DNA of 64,000 nt, from NCBI GenBank assembly GCA_021813025.1, contig JAKAME010000001.1:2201-66200 (forward strand), given 5' to 3'. This stretch comes from Candidatus Micrarchaeota archaeon (GTDB lineage Archaea; Micrarchaeota; Micrarchaeia; Anstonellales; Anstonellaceae). Below are positions 38,305 to 48,201 of this stretch, one piece after another; position 1 is the stretch's first letter; each line of letters begins with the position of its first letter. Below the pieces are notes generated by a model that searched no databases, was not told where the DNA came from, and worked only from the letters and a program-made list of their open reading frames with translations. The position numbers and the translations under genes are program-made.

Positions 38305-38934
38305 TTAGAGCAGTATGCGCACGTCCGTGCTGGGCGAGCTTTGCGCCACAAGGCGCTTGAACTCGGCCGGGTCTATGCGCAGGTCTGAGAGGTAATTGTA
38401 ATGATACGGGACGACTACCTTGGGCTTGATGTCAGCCACTGCCGAGGCAGCCTCGGCCATGTCCATCGTGTAAGTGCCGCCTATGGGCAGGATGGCCACG
38501 TCGCACTTGTAGCCTGCCATCTCTTGTATGCGGTCGGTGTCTCCTGCAACATAGACGCGCACGGGCGGAGAGGAGCCGAAAGCGAGTATGTATCCAACCC
38601 CTGTTCCGCGCGGATGGAATTGCTTGCTTGGATTGTAGGCCTGCACCGCCTGTATTGTGATTGAACCCAGTTTGAAAGACTGGCCGGGCGAGACTGACTG
38701 GCCCGGATGCTTGCAGCTTGGGCTGGCGATGAGCGTGGTGTTTGGCTTGAGGATTGATGGGGCGGGAACGCAATGGTCGAAATGGCCGTGGGTGTGAAGC
38801 ACAAGGTCGGCGGGCTTGGCGCCCCGCGGCAAAACATAGGGGTCTACATAGATGACTAGGCCCCCGTACTCGAAAGAAACGCTGGAATGCCCATGGCAGG
38901 TGATTCGCACGCCGCCGACGGTGGTGGTGTTCAT
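38305..38934 (-). CDS. MBL-fold metallo-hydrolase
   Basis: GHSS, VDPY, THGHFDH, YVAGDT and LPIGGTYTM motifs. Confidence 0.9.
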   Translation of the reverse strand: MNTTTVGGVRITCHGHSSVSFEYGGLVIYVDPYVLPRGAKPADLVLHTHGHFDHCVPAPSILKPNTTLIASPSCKHPGQSVSPGQSFKLGSITIQAVQAYNPSKQFHPRGTGVGYILAFGSSPPVRVYVAGDTDRIQEMAGYKCDVAILPIGGTYTMDMAEAASAVADIKPKVVVPYHYNYLSDLRIDPAEFKRLVAQSSPSTDVRILL

Positions 38935-39002
38935 GGCCTCCCCATTAGAGAAGGAAGATGGGTTATAAGAAGCTGATGGAGAAAAGCCGCCTTTTTCTTT
39001 TT

Positions 39003-39338
39003 CTAAATCCCGCGCTCGCTGAAATCCGAATCCTGCCCGCCGACCGCCACGAAATGAATCGGCATGAGGGCGTCCAGCGGATTGCCCAATTTCGGCGAGG
39101 CTCCGGCCTGAGGCTCGTAATACACCATCTCGCGGCCGCGCTGCACCACGTGCGAGAGTATGCGCCCGTCAGGCTCTGTAACTGTAAGAGTGGTTGTGCC
39201 GGGGCCGACGCCTATGTTGATTATGCGCTTCTGCTTGCCCACCTCAACTGAGAAGGAGTGGAAGGCGCCGTTCTGCGAGACTGAGATGCGCTTGACCTTG
39301 GTCCAGTCGACCTTGGAGAGGAAGGCGCGCAAATCCAT
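39003..39338 (-). CDS. hypothetical protein
   Basis: Start MDLRAFLSK after GGAGG; coupled to the upstream small ORF. Confidence 0.5.
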   Translation of the reverse strand: MDLRAFLSKVDWTKVKRISVSQNGAFHSFSVEVGKQKRIINIGVGPGTTTLTVTEPDGRILSHVVQRGREMVYYEPQAGASPKLGNPLDALMPIHFVAVGGQDSDFSERGI

Positions 39339-39339
39339 C

Positions 39340-39570
39340 TTAAGCCCTCCGATGGCGGGGTGGCGAGGCGGGCGCGTAGCGCGCTGCTTTGTCTGCAAAA
39401 TCCTCGATGAATTTGAGGGTGGGCGCAAAAGTCGGGCTTTTTGGCGTGAGCTCGGTTGTTTTTGTGACATGCACGCCTGCAAGTTTGAGGGTGTCTGGGG
39501 CCAGCTCGGCCTGCTCAAACGCCTTGCGCGCCTCTTGCGCGGCTTTCTTTCCAACGGGAGCCGGAACCAT
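39340..39570 (-). CDS. small hypothetical protein
   Basis: MVPAPVGKKAAQ.. ORF with a TATA-like box upstream. Confidence 0.45.
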   Translation of the reverse strand: MVPAPVGKKAAQEARKAFEQAELAPDTLKLAGVHVTKTTELTPKSPTFAPTLKFIEDFADKAARYAPASPPRHRRA

Positions 39571-39705
39571 GTATAAAATGGCGCGCTGGGGACTTAAAAA
39601 GATGGAGGATGCGCCAGAAAACAAAAGGATTGGAAATGTGCATGCGAAAGGAAAATGCGCGGGGCAGAATTTTCGTTCGGAGTGAGAATATATTAAATAT
39701 ATACA

Positions 39706-39728
39706 GATGTATCTTTTAGCAATACATC
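39706..39728. promoter_or_regulatory. inverted repeat GATGTAT-N9-ATACATC downstream of a TATA box
   Basis: Perfect 7-bp arms just after TATATTAAATATA, upstream of the LysW-like gene. Confidence 0.5.
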
Positions 39729-39773
39729 AACAAACCACCTGGGTTTTTTAGCCGACAGGAAAAACAGCAGCCC

Positions 39774-39923
39774 ATGGCTCTCTCCGAATGCCCCAAATGC
39801 GCAATCCACATCATCCGCCACCCTGACTGGAAAGAGGGCATGGTTGTCGAATGCCCGGAGTGCGGCGCCAAGCTTGTGGTGTCAAGCCTTGAGCCACTCG
39901 AATTGGAAGAGGCGCAGGAATAG
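39774..39923 (+). CDS. LysW-like zinc-ribbon protein lacking EDWGE (49 aa, not in ORF track)
   Basis: MALSECPKCAIHIIRHPDWKEGMVVECPECGAKLVVSSLEPLELEEAQE. Confidence 0.75.
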   Translation: MALSECPKCAIHIIRHPDWKEGMVVECPECGAKLVVSSLEPLELEEAQE

Positions 39924-40054
39924 GCGAGCCGGTGCGCATGGACGCAGGAATGGCATTTTGCGCTTTTTGACGAACCTTCTTTAACTTTCATCCCCCACTT
40001 AAGCGCCATAATGAACGACGGGCCGTGGGAGACTCGTTTTTGAGGAGAGCATGC

Positions 40055-41254
40055 ATGACAACTCCTTCCATTTCGCGACGAACTCAGGGCTTGGGCACCG
40101 AGAACGCGTTCGAGGTGCTGGCTGAAGTGAACAAGCTCAAGCGCGAAGGAAAAGACGTTGTGAGCTTCTGCATAGGCCAGCCGGATTTCGGCACGCCAAA
40201 CCACATCAGAGAGGCCGCAATTGAGGCCATCAAGGCAGGCAAGAGCGGCTACACCGATTCTGCCGGCATTCTGGAGGCTCGCGAGGCGGTGGCGCGCTAT
40301 TTTTCGCGCACGCGCGGAATTGAGGTGAAAGCACAGGATGTTGTAATCGCCAACGGAGCCAAGCCATTCATTGGATATGCTATAGCCTGCGCAACAGACC
40401 CCGGCATCGGGGATGAAGTGATTTGCCCTGTGCCGGGCTATCCAATCTACCAGTCGCAGGTGGTGGCGCACGGCGCAACGGCAGTGGGGCTGCCTCTTTC
40501 GGAAGAAAAGAAATTCAGCTTTGATTTGGATGATTTGCGCGCGCGCATAAGCCCGCGCACGCGCCTGCTGATTCTCAACACCCCCCACAATCCGACCGGA
40601 GGAGTAATTGGCAGAAGCGATTTGGAGGAAATTGGCGCGCTGGCCAAGAAACACGATTTCTGGATTTATGCTGACGAAGTGTACAGCCAAATCATTTATG
40701 ACGGCAAATTCGAAAGCATCGCGTCCGTGGAGGGAATGTACGAGCGAACCATCCTCTCGGACGGCGCGTCCAAATCCTATGCAATGCCCGGCTGGCGCTT
40801 GGGCTTTGCTGCCAATCCAAGCCTTGCCCCGCATTTGGCGCGCTGGGTGACAAACACAGAAAGCTGCGCGAATCACATGACCCAGCATGCAATAATACGC
40901 GCGCTGGACGGGCCTCATGACGACACGCATGCCATGGTGGCCGAGTTCAAGCGGAGGCGCGATGTCATGGTGCGCCTGCTCAATGAGATGGACGGCGTGA
41001 GCTGCCAGATGCCGGCCGGGGCTTTCTATGCCTATCCGAACATGAATGGCGCGCTCAAGAAACTGAACCTTCGCAGCGCGGAGCAGCTGCGCCAGATGCT
41101 GCTCAAGGAAGGCGTGGCCGTGCTGGCGGACCACCACTTTGGCAGGCGCGAGCCGGGAGAGAAAAACCACTACATTCGCCTGAGCTATTGCACTTCAATG
41201 GAAAACATCGAGAAGGGCCTGGCGCGCATGAAAGGAGTGCTGGGCGCGAAGTAA
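40055..41254 (+). CDS. PLP-dependent class I/II aminotransferase (AspC/LysN-like)
   Basis: IGQPDF, NGAKP, NTPHNPTG, ADEVY and GASKSYAMPGWRLG motifs. Confidence 0.92.
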   Translation: MTTPSISRRTQGLGTENAFEVLAEVNKLKREGKDVVSFCIGQPDFGTPNHIREAAIEAIKAGKSGYTDSAGILEAREAVARYFSRTRGIEVKAQDVVIANGAKPFIGYAIACATDPGIGDEVICPVPGYPIYQSQVVAHGATAVGLPLSEEKKFSFDLDDLRARISPRTRLLILNTPHNPTGGVIGRSDLEEIGALAKKHDFWIYADEVYSQIIYDGKFESIASVEGMYERTILSDGASKSYAMPGWRLGFAANPSLAPHLARWVTNTESCANHMTQHAIIRALDGPHDDTHAMVAEFKRRRDVMVRLLNEMDGVSCQMPAGAFYAYPNMNGALKKLNLRSAEQLRQMLLKEGVAVLADHHFGRREPGEKNHYIRLSYCTSMENIEKGLARMKGVLGAK

Positions 41255-41266
41255 GCAGGTGGATGG

Positions 41267-43276
41267 ATGGGCATCATCGGAACAGACGGAAAGGAGAAGG
41301 CTTTTTCTTCGGCACAAATCAAGCAGGCTGCCGCCGAAATGCGCGGCTATGCCCTGATTTCGATTCATTGCGCAGGCTCAGGCCATTCAGGCGGCACGCT
41401 CTCTGCAATGGATGCGCTGGCCGCACTATATTTGCGCGTCATGAAGCACAAGCCGTCCGAGCCTGACTGGGCAGGGCGGGACAGGCTGTTTTTCTCTGCA
41501 GGCCACAAGGCTCCGGCATGGTATGCCCCGTTGGGCTGGTGCGGCTATTTTGACGTGAAGCAGACTGCAACCCTGAGAAAGCTTGGAAGCTCGTTTCAGG
41601 GTCATCCAGACAGGAGGAAATGCGCAGGAATCGAGCTTTCGTGCGGAAGCTTGGGACAGGGCCTGAGCGTGGCTGTGGGAGACGCGCTGGCTGCCCGCCT
41701 GCGCGGGCAAAATTATCGCGTGTACTGCCTGATGGGGGACGGCGAGCAGCAGGAAGGCCAGATTTGGGAGGCTGCCATGGAGGCAGGCCACTACAAGCTG
41801 GACAATCTTGTGGGAATTGTGGACAAGAACGAGCTGCAGATTGACGGATGGGTGCGCGAAGTCATGGACATCGACCCCATAGCGGACAAATACCGCGCAT
41901 TCGGCTGGCATGCAATTGAATGCGATGGGCATGACATTGATGCGCTACTTGCTGCATTTGAGGAGGCAGGGCGCACGAAAGGAAAACCAACCGTGATTAT
42001 TGCGCGCACCATCAAGGGCAGGGGAGTCTCGTTCATGGAAAAGCAGGCGGGATGGCATGGAAAAGCGCCAAATGCTCAGGAGCTGGATACGGCGCTCAAG
42101 GAGCTTGGAGTGGAGCACCTGCCAAAAGACGAGATGAAGGCAATTGCCGCAGCGCACCAGAGGAAGGCGGAAAGCGAGCTGGCAGATTCGATGCCAAAAT
42201 TCTCCAAAAATTACTGGTGGAACGCGCAAGAGGACATGAAAGTGGAAATGAAGCCGACGCGCACGGGATTCGGGGAGGCTTTGCGCGACAGCACAAACCC
42301 CAATGTGGTGGCGCTTGGGGCGGACATTTCCAGCTCAATCAGCATTTCCATGTTCCATGAGGGCAAGCCTGAGCGAAAAGGCCGCTGGTTTTCGATGGGA
42401 ATTGCCGAACAGTCAGGCACCTGCGTTGCCGCAGGCATGGCCAAGGAAGGCTTCATACCATTCTTCGGAACTTATGGAGTGTTTGCGGCAGGGCGGGCGC
42501 TTGACCAGCTGCGCACCACCGTAGCTTATGGGAACTACAATGTCAAGATAGCGGGCGCGCACGGAGGCGTGTCGGTGGGGCCAGACGGGGCAACCCATCA
42601 GGCATTGGAGGAGATTTTCCAGATAGCAGGTTTGCCGAACATGAGCCTGCTCACGCCATGCGACGCAGAAGAGACAAGAAAATGCACCGAAGCCATTATC
42701 GCTCGCGATGGGCCGTGCTATCTGCGCTATGCGCGCGAGGCAACGCCGGTTGTGACAGATGGGAAGACGCCTTACAAATTCGGCGAGGCCACAGTGATAA
42801 GGTATCGCGGAAAGAAAGCAAAATTCGCGGATGCGTATGAACACATGCTTGCATCAGAGGCCAAGAACGAAGCTGAAGCAATCGCCATCATTGCCTGCGG
42901 GCCGCAGGTGCCTGAGGCAATGCGCGCGGCCTGGATTTTGAAAGAGGAATACGGAATAAGCGCGCGCGTAATCAACATATCCACCATCAAGCCGCTTGAC
43001 AAGAGCGCCGTCATTGCGGCGGCGCGAGACACAGGCTGCGTGCTCACGGCAGAGGAGCACCAGAAAGGCGGGCTTGGAAATCTTGTCTCGTCCGCCATAC
43101 TCTGCGAGCCCTCGCTTTACGGCCGGCCAGTCATGTTTGACATGATTGGGGTGCCTGACACGTTCGGCGAGTCTGGCGCGGCATGGGAATTAATCAAAAG
43201 ATTCGGATTGAGCGCAGAGCATATCGCTCAAAAGGCGAAAGAAATGATTGATAGGAAAAAGAAGGTGATTGAATGA
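41267..43276 (+). CDS. tkt: transketolase, N- and C-terminal subunits fused
   Basis: SGHSGG, GSLGQG, GDGEQQEGQIWEA (TPP motif), GIAEQ, GPDGATHQ, EEH. Confidence 0.92.
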   Translation: MGIIGTDGKEKAFSSAQIKQAAAEMRGYALISIHCAGSGHSGGTLSAMDALAALYLRVMKHKPSEPDWAGRDRLFFSAGHKAPAWYAPLGWCGYFDVKQTATLRKLGSSFQGHPDRRKCAGIELSCGSLGQGLSVAVGDALAARLRGQNYRVYCLMGDGEQQEGQIWEAAMEAGHYKLDNLVGIVDKNELQIDGWVREVMDIDPIADKYRAFGWHAIECDGHDIDALLAAFEEAGRTKGKPTVIIARTIKGRGVSFMEKQAGWHGKAPNAQELDTALKELGVEHLPKDEMKAIAAAHQRKAESELADSMPKFSKNYWWNAQEDMKVEMKPTRTGFGEALRDSTNPNVVALGADISSSISISMFHEGKPERKGRWFSMGIAEQSGTCVAAGMAKEGFIPFFGTYGVFAAGRALDQLRTTVAYGNYNVKIAGAHGGVSVGPDGATHQALEEIFQIAGLPNMSLLTPCDAEETRKCTEAIIARDGPCYLRYAREATPVVTDGKTPYKFGEATVIRYRGKKAKFADAYEHMLASEAKNEAEAIAIIACGPQVPEAMRAAWILKEEYGISARVINISTIKPLDKSAVIAAARDTGCVLTAEEHQKGGLGNLVSSAILCEPSLYGRPVMFDMIGVPDTFGESGAAWELIKRFGLSAEHIAQKAKEMIDRKKKVIE

Positions 43277-43467
43277 GTATGAAAAAGAGTCCAGTGAAGC
43301 GCAACCCGGATGCCCCGGGCATGCGCAGCGAATTTCCATACAATATTTATTTCAGCAAAAAGAGTGGCGAGAGCATCGCGCGCCCGGAGTGCAGGCGCGA
43401 AAAAGCCGAAATGCACAAAGGCGAGGTGGTGGACCCGGAGCCAGATGCCCGCGAAATAAGGCAATGA
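43273..43467 (+). CDS. small hypothetical protein
   Basis: ATGA overlap with tkt stop and GGTGA RBS. Confidence 0.4.
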   Translation: MSMKKSPVKRNPDAPGMRSEFPYNIYFSKKSGESIARPECRREKAEMHKGEVVDPEPDAREIRQ

Positions 43468-43480
43468 TGCGCGGCTGGCT

Positions 43481-43942
43481 TCACCCGTCATATTTTTTCA
43501 TTGCCTTCAATTTGTCAACATAGCTTTGCGCAGAGAAGTCTATCCTCTTCAAATCATCCTCGCTCGCTTGGCGCACAACCTTGCCCGGCACGCCCATCAC
43601 CACAGAGTGCGGCGGGATGACGGCGTTTTCGAGCACCAGCGCGCCGGCGGCTATGATTGAATGCTCGCCTATTTGGCATTTGTTTAGCAGGGTGGCGTGC
43701 ATTCCAATGAGCACATGGCTGCCGACAGAGCATCCGTGCACAATCGCGCCATGGCCCACAGTAACATAGGAGCCGATTTTGACCCTGTGGCCATGGACTA
43801 CGCATGACTCCTGCACAGAAGTGCAGTCTCCTATTTCTATCTCGCCCTCATCAGCGCGAATCGCGGCAAAGGCGGCAACATAGACATTCCGGCCGAGTTT
43901 TGCCCTCGAATCAACTTCTGATTTTGGGTGGATGAAGGACAT
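43481..43942 (-). CDS. gamma-carbonic anhydrase family (YrdA/PaaY-like) protein
   Basis: IRADEGEIEIG..VQESCVVH..TVGHGAIVHGC..LIGM hexapeptide repeats. Confidence 0.9.
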   Translation of the reverse strand: MSFIHPKSEVDSRAKLGRNVYVAAFAAIRADEGEIEIGDCTSVQESCVVHGHRVKIGSYVTVGHGAIVHGCSVGSHVLIGMHATLLNKCQIGEHSIIAAGALVLENAVIPPHSVVMGVPGKVVRQASEDDLKRIDFSAQSYVDKLKAMKKYDG

Positions 43943-43951
43943 TGGGATGCC

Positions 43952-45076
43952 TCATTTTGCGTGGCTGGCCAGAGCGGGCTGGTGCAAGAACTTCTCCAGC
44001 ACAACAATGGCCTTCTCATAGTCCGCCCATGCAAGATATTCCGCATCCGTGTGGTCGAGCTTGGAATCTCCCGGCCCGTAGGCAATGGTGGGGATGCCGG
44101 CCGCCATGGACAGGTTCATGTCAGCGCTGCCGGACTTCTTCAAATAGCGCGGGGTGAGGCCGGAGGAGCGTATGGCGGCCACCATGGCGCGCGCAAGCGG
44201 ATGGTTTGGGGAAAGCTCGCAGCCTGCGAATGATTCGGTGATGGTAACCTTGAGGCCGGAGGGGGCGGAGGAGCGGAAGAGGTGGATTATGTCCTCCACC
44301 TTCTTGGAGGGCGGCACGCGCACGTCCATGAAGAAATCCATATGGCCCGGAATGACGTTGAGCGCGTCGCGGCGGCCGTAGTCCACGTGGGTGATGTTGA
44401 AGATGACTGAGTCAAAGGCGTGGTTGCGTGGGAAGTGGCTGCGCAGCTTCTCGTAATACTCGATGGTTCGCTCAATAGGATTCTCGGCATGCGAGCCGGC
44501 GTGCATGGGCGTGCCTTCCGAGCGGCATTCGGCCAGTATGCGGCCCTTGTAGGCAATTGTGAGGCCGTCGCTGTTGGATGGCTCGCCATTGAGCGCGAGG
44601 CGCGGCTTGAGACAAGCGAGCAGGTGCTTGGCTCCGCGAGAAGTTGGGGCCTCCTCTTCAGTAACTCCGGCCACCACAAGCTTGAGAGAGGAGGGGGAGG
44701 CCGGACGGGCCTCGCGGCCGCCGGCGTGGGCCCCGTCCCGCGGGGGCATGACGCTTGCGCCGGCCTCTATGAATGAGGCAAGGCAGCCCTTGGCATCCAC
44801 TGCGCCTCTTCCAGATACGCCCTTCTCATCTGCCTTGACAAGCCAGAAGCCGCCCACTGTGTCCAAGTGGGAGAAGAGCAGCAGGTCGCAATGCGGGTCG
44901 CGGGTGTAATCGTAATTGCCGCCCACCACATTGCCGGCCTCGTCTATTCTGACGTGCTTGTAGCCAAGCTCGCGCATGCGCTGGGCGCACAGCAGCGCTG
45001 CGGCGGATTCCTTGCCAGAAAAGCTCTTGGTCTTCACCAGCTCGATCAGGAACTTGCGGCTTGCGGGCATGGTCAT
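43952..45076 (-). CDS. lysK: [LysW]-lysine/ornithine hydrolase (M20)
   Basis: SHLDTV, GRGAVDAKG, EEE, GEPS, YKG and YGPGDSKLDHT motifs. Confidence 0.9.
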   Translation of the reverse strand: MTMPASRKFLIELVKTKSFSGKESAAALLCAQRMRELGYKHVRIDEAGNVVGGNYDYTRDPHCDLLLFSHLDTVGGFWLVKADEKGVSGRGAVDAKGCLASFIEAGASVMPPRDGAHAGGREARPASPSSLKLVVAGVTEEEAPTSRGAKHLLACLKPRLALNGEPSNSDGLTIAYKGRILAECRSEGTPMHAGSHAENPIERTIEYYEKLRSHFPRNHAFDSVIFNITHVDYGRRDALNVIPGHMDFFMDVRVPPSKKVEDIIHLFRSSAPSGLKVTITESFAGCELSPNHPLARAMVAAIRSSGLTPRYLKKSGSADMNLSMAAGIPTIAYGPGDSKLDHTDAEYLAWADYEKAIVVLEKFLHQPALASHAK

Positions 45077-46266
45077 GCGGGCAGCACCTCGTCCAGTGTT
45101 TGCAGGGCTTGCTCGAAATCCTCGCGCGGCGTGTTGAGTGGGGGCAGAAGGCGCACCACCAAATCTCCGGCAGCAAGCACAAGCAATCCCCTGAGTTGAG
45201 CGGCTTGCAGCACTGGCTTTGACTCGCTCTTGAGCTCGATGGCCAGCATGAGGCCCATGCCGCGTATTTCGGTGATGGATGCATGGCGGGCCTTGAGAGC
45301 GTTGAGCCGCTCCATAAGCCATGAGCCGTTTTGGGCAGCCATTTGCAGAACATTCTCCTTCTCCATAACATCCAGCATGGCATTGGCTGCGGCGCAGGCG
45401 AGCGGATTGCCGCCAAAAGTGGAGCCATGCTCCAGAGGCTTGAAAGCACAGACATCTTCGCTGGCGATGAGGGCGCCGATGGGCACGCCTCCACCCAATC
45501 CCTTTGCCAGAGTGACTGCATCAGGCGAGATGCCATAATACTCGAAAGCAAAGAAGCGGCCAGTCCTGCCGCAGCCGGTCTGGATTTCGTCTATGATGAG
45601 CAATGCGCCGGCAGAAGTGCAGATTTCGCGCGCAGCTTGGATGTATTCCTGCGTGGCCGGCCTGATGCCGCCCTCGCCCTGAATGACTTCAAGGAAAACT
45701 GCCGCAGTGTCGGAATTGACTGCTGTGCGCAAGCCCTCGATGTCGTTGTAGCGCACGCGGGTGACTGGCCCGATGAGCGGCTCGAAGCGCTCGCGGTACT
45801 TGGGCTTGAATGTAAGGCTTAAGCTGCCGGTGCTTCTTCCATGGAACGCGTTCATGGCTGCTACAAAGCCCTTTCTTCCGGTCTTGGCGCGGGCAAGCTT
45901 CATGGCTGCTTCAATGGCCTCGGTGCCTGAATTGCACAAGAAAATGCGGCCGGAAGAGCGAGTAGCCTGATTCCAGAGCTTCGCCAGACGCTCAAGCAAT
46001 CTTGCCCTCTCGTCATTTGCAAAAGACTCGTTGCAGGTGATGAGCGTGTTGGCTTGCCTGCCCACTGCCTCCACTATTCTCGGGTGAGCATGGCCCAGAA
46101 TGGCGATGCCTATGCCTGAAGTGAAGTCTATGTATTCCTTTCCATCCGCGTCCCAGACATGGCTTCCGCTGCCGCGCACCAGCGCGATGCCGCGCTTTGG
46201 GTAGACGCCAATTTCGTGCGCTGTTTCGGAAGCGATGAGTGAAGAGTTTGTTTGGTTGCCAGTCAT
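45073..46266 (-). CDS. lysJ: [LysW]-aminoadipate semialdehyde transaminase (class III)
   Basis: CNSGTEAIEAAMK, FHGRS, EVIQGEGG, DEIQTG, AKGLGGG and HGSTFGGNP motifs. Confidence 0.92.
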   Translation of the reverse strand: MTGNQTNSSLIASETAHEIGVYPKRGIALVRGSGSHVWDADGKEYIDFTSGIGIAILGHAHPRIVEAVGRQANTLITCNESFANDERARLLERLAKLWNQATRSSGRIFLCNSGTEAIEAAMKLARAKTGRKGFVAAMNAFHGRSTGSLSLTFKPKYRERFEPLIGPVTRVRYNDIEGLRTAVNSDTAAVFLEVIQGEGGIRPATQEYIQAAREICTSAGALLIIDEIQTGCGRTGRFFAFEYYGISPDAVTLAKGLGGGVPIGALIASEDVCAFKPLEHGSTFGGNPLACAAANAMLDVMEKENVLQMAAQNGSWLMERLNALKARHASITEIRGMGLMLAIELKSESKPVLQAAQLRGLLVLAAGDLVVRLLPPLNTPREDFEQALQTLDEVLPA

Positions 46267-46276
46267 TTCAATCAAC

Positions 46277-47122
46277 TCAATTCTTGGTGATGTGCGTGCC
46301 TGCGCCTGCGAGCAGGCTGGAAATTGGCGAGGCGACCGTGCCGTTTCCTATAATGACTTCGCGCACGCCCCCATTGATGGCTTCGATGCAGCCCATGAGC
46401 TTCTTCTTCATTCCGCCCGAGGCTGCGCCAGCACCAGCATTCTTCATGGCTGCCTCAAGCTCTGAAGCAGTAAGGCTCGGCACGAGGTCGTTGGGGAAAT
46501 TCCGATAATAGCCATCAACATCAGTGAGTGAGATGGCCATGTCTGCATGCAGGGCGGATGCAAGGGCGGCCATGAGCCTGTCGCCGTCAATATTGAGAGG
46601 CTGATTGGACTCGCCAATAGCCAAGGCCGCGAGGACGGGAGTATAACCGGCCGAAAGCAGGGTTTGCAAAAGCTCGGCATTCACCTTCTCAATCTTGCCA
46701 GTATAATCATCTCTTATGATTTTCTGCTTGCCGCTCTCATCAACAGATGTGATGATTTTCTGCCTTGCAGTAACGGCCCGGCCATCAAGGCCGGTGAGGC
46801 CGATGGCATTCACGCCAGCTGCCTGAAGCGCGCAGACGATTTGAGAATTTGCCTGCCCGCCGCAGGCCATGGCATAGAGCGAGATGATTTGCGCATCAGT
46901 GGCGCGCGACTTGATGCCGGCAGGGGAGGTGTAGAACTTGGGCGCGATGCCAAGGCGCTTGCACAGCTCGTTTGTCTGGGAGGAGCCGCCATGCGCAAGC
47001 ACGAATGAGTATTGCGAGCTGAGGCTGGCCATGTCTTGCGCAATGGAGGCAAGAGCAGCCGGATTGCCGGCTGTGGAGCCGCCAATCTTGAGCACGATGA
47101 TGGGAGTTTGAGCCATGGGCAT
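46277..47122 (-). CDS. lysZ: [LysW]-aminoadipate/glutamate kinase
   Basis: VLKIGGS, HGGS, GLTGLDG, DDYTGKI, NIDGDR and GGMKKK motifs. Confidence 0.92.
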   Translation of the reverse strand: MPMAQTPIIVLKIGGSTAGNPAALASIAQDMASLSSQYSFVLAHGGSSQTNELCKRLGIAPKFYTSPAGIKSRATDAQIISLYAMACGGQANSQIVCALQAAGVNAIGLTGLDGRAVTARQKIITSVDESGKQKIIRDDYTGKIEKVNAELLQTLLSAGYTPVLAALAIGESNQPLNIDGDRLMAALASALHADMAISLTDVDGYYRNFPNDLVPSLTASELEAAMKNAGAGAASGGMKKKLMGCIEAINGGVREVIIGNGTVASPISSLLAGAGTHITKN

Positions 47123-47131
47123 CCGTCCTTT

Positions 47132-48196
47132 CTAGATTGGATGGAAGCCAGGCACCCAGAGGCCGGTCTTCTCGTCCAGTCCGTGCATCAGGTTGAAGCA
47201 CTGGATGGCAGGTCCGGCCGAGCCGCGCACCAAATTGTCGATGGCTGACATTACCACTATGCGCGGATGAGTTGCATCCAGCTCAAAGCCGATGTCTGCA
47301 AAGTTCGTGCCCGCGACTGGCTTGGGCTCCGGGTAGCGGTAGAGGGTGCCCTTGTCCTTGACCAGGCGGATGAAGGGGGAATTTGCATAGAAGGAGCGGT
47401 AGGCCTTCCAAACTTCGATGTCGGTGAGAGGCCGGACCACAGGAGCATGAATGGTGGAGAGTATTCCTCTTACCATTTCTACTGCGTGCGGTGAGAATCC
47501 AACCGACACATTGGCTGGATGCCCTGCACCAACCGCAATCTCATTGAGCTCCTGCTCCATCTCAGCCGTGTGCCTATGTCCGGTGGGCTTGTAGGCGCGC
47601 ACCGTGCCCTGCCTCTCTGGGTGATGGGTGGAAATGTCGAAGGCAGCGCCTCCGGCTGAAGAGCCGATTTTTGAGTCGGCGATAATGCGCGAGGCATCGA
47701 TTAGGCCGGCATGCACAAGAGGCGCGGTTGCAAGTATGACTGAGGAGGCCAGACAGCCCACACCAGATACCAGCTGCGCCCCCCTGATTTGCTCACGGTG
47801 CAATTCGGGCAGGCCGTAGACTGCTCTTGGCAGAAGCTCGGGGCAGGGGTGGGGCTGGTAGTACTTTTCATAGGTGCGCGCGTCATGCAGGCGGAAATCG
47901 GCCGAGAGGTCGATTATCTTCACGCCGGTTTCGATGTATTGCTTCACAAAAGGCGCAGACACCTTGTGAGGCAGGCACAGGAAAAGCGTGTCAACATCTG
48001 TGTTGAGCTGCTTGGATGACACGAATTCTGCCTGCGTAAAGCCGCGCAGATTCGGGTTGAGCTTGGTGACTGGGGTGCCGGCAAACCGCTCTGAAGTCAC
48101 TTGCGCGATTTGCATTTCTGGGTGCAGGAGCGCCCAGCGCATAAGCTCGCCGCCCGTGTAGCCGGACGCGCCGATGATGGAGACTGTATAGGCCAT
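47132..48196 (-). CDS. lysY: [LysW]-aminoadipate/glutamate phosphate reductase (ArgC family)
   Basis: GASGYTGGEL, IDLSADFRL, YGLPE, HRHTAEM and IDNLVRGSAG motifs. Confidence 0.93.
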   Translation of the reverse strand: MAYTVSIIGASGYTGGELMRWALLHPEMQIAQVTSERFAGTPVTKLNPNLRGFTQAEFVSSKQLNTDVDTLFLCLPHKVSAPFVKQYIETGVKIIDLSADFRLHDARTYEKYYQPHPCPELLPRAVYGLPELHREQIRGAQLVSGVGCLASSVILATAPLVHAGLIDASRIIADSKIGSSAGGAAFDISTHHPERQGTVRAYKPTGHRHTAEMEQELNEIAVGAGHPANVSVGFSPHAVEMVRGILSTIHAPVVRPLTDIEVWKAYRSFYANSPFIRLVKDKGTLYRYPEPKPVAGTNFADIGFELDATHPRIVVMSAIDNLVRGSAGPAIQCFNLMHGLDEKTGLWVPGFHPI

Positions 48197-48201
48197 GTGC
48201 A

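Noticed and set aside
14671..41170. Long alternative-frame and antisense ORFs (e.g. 14671-16008, 19719-20720, 39716-41170)
   Set aside because: Shadows of well-supported genes in GC-rich DNA, with no motifs.
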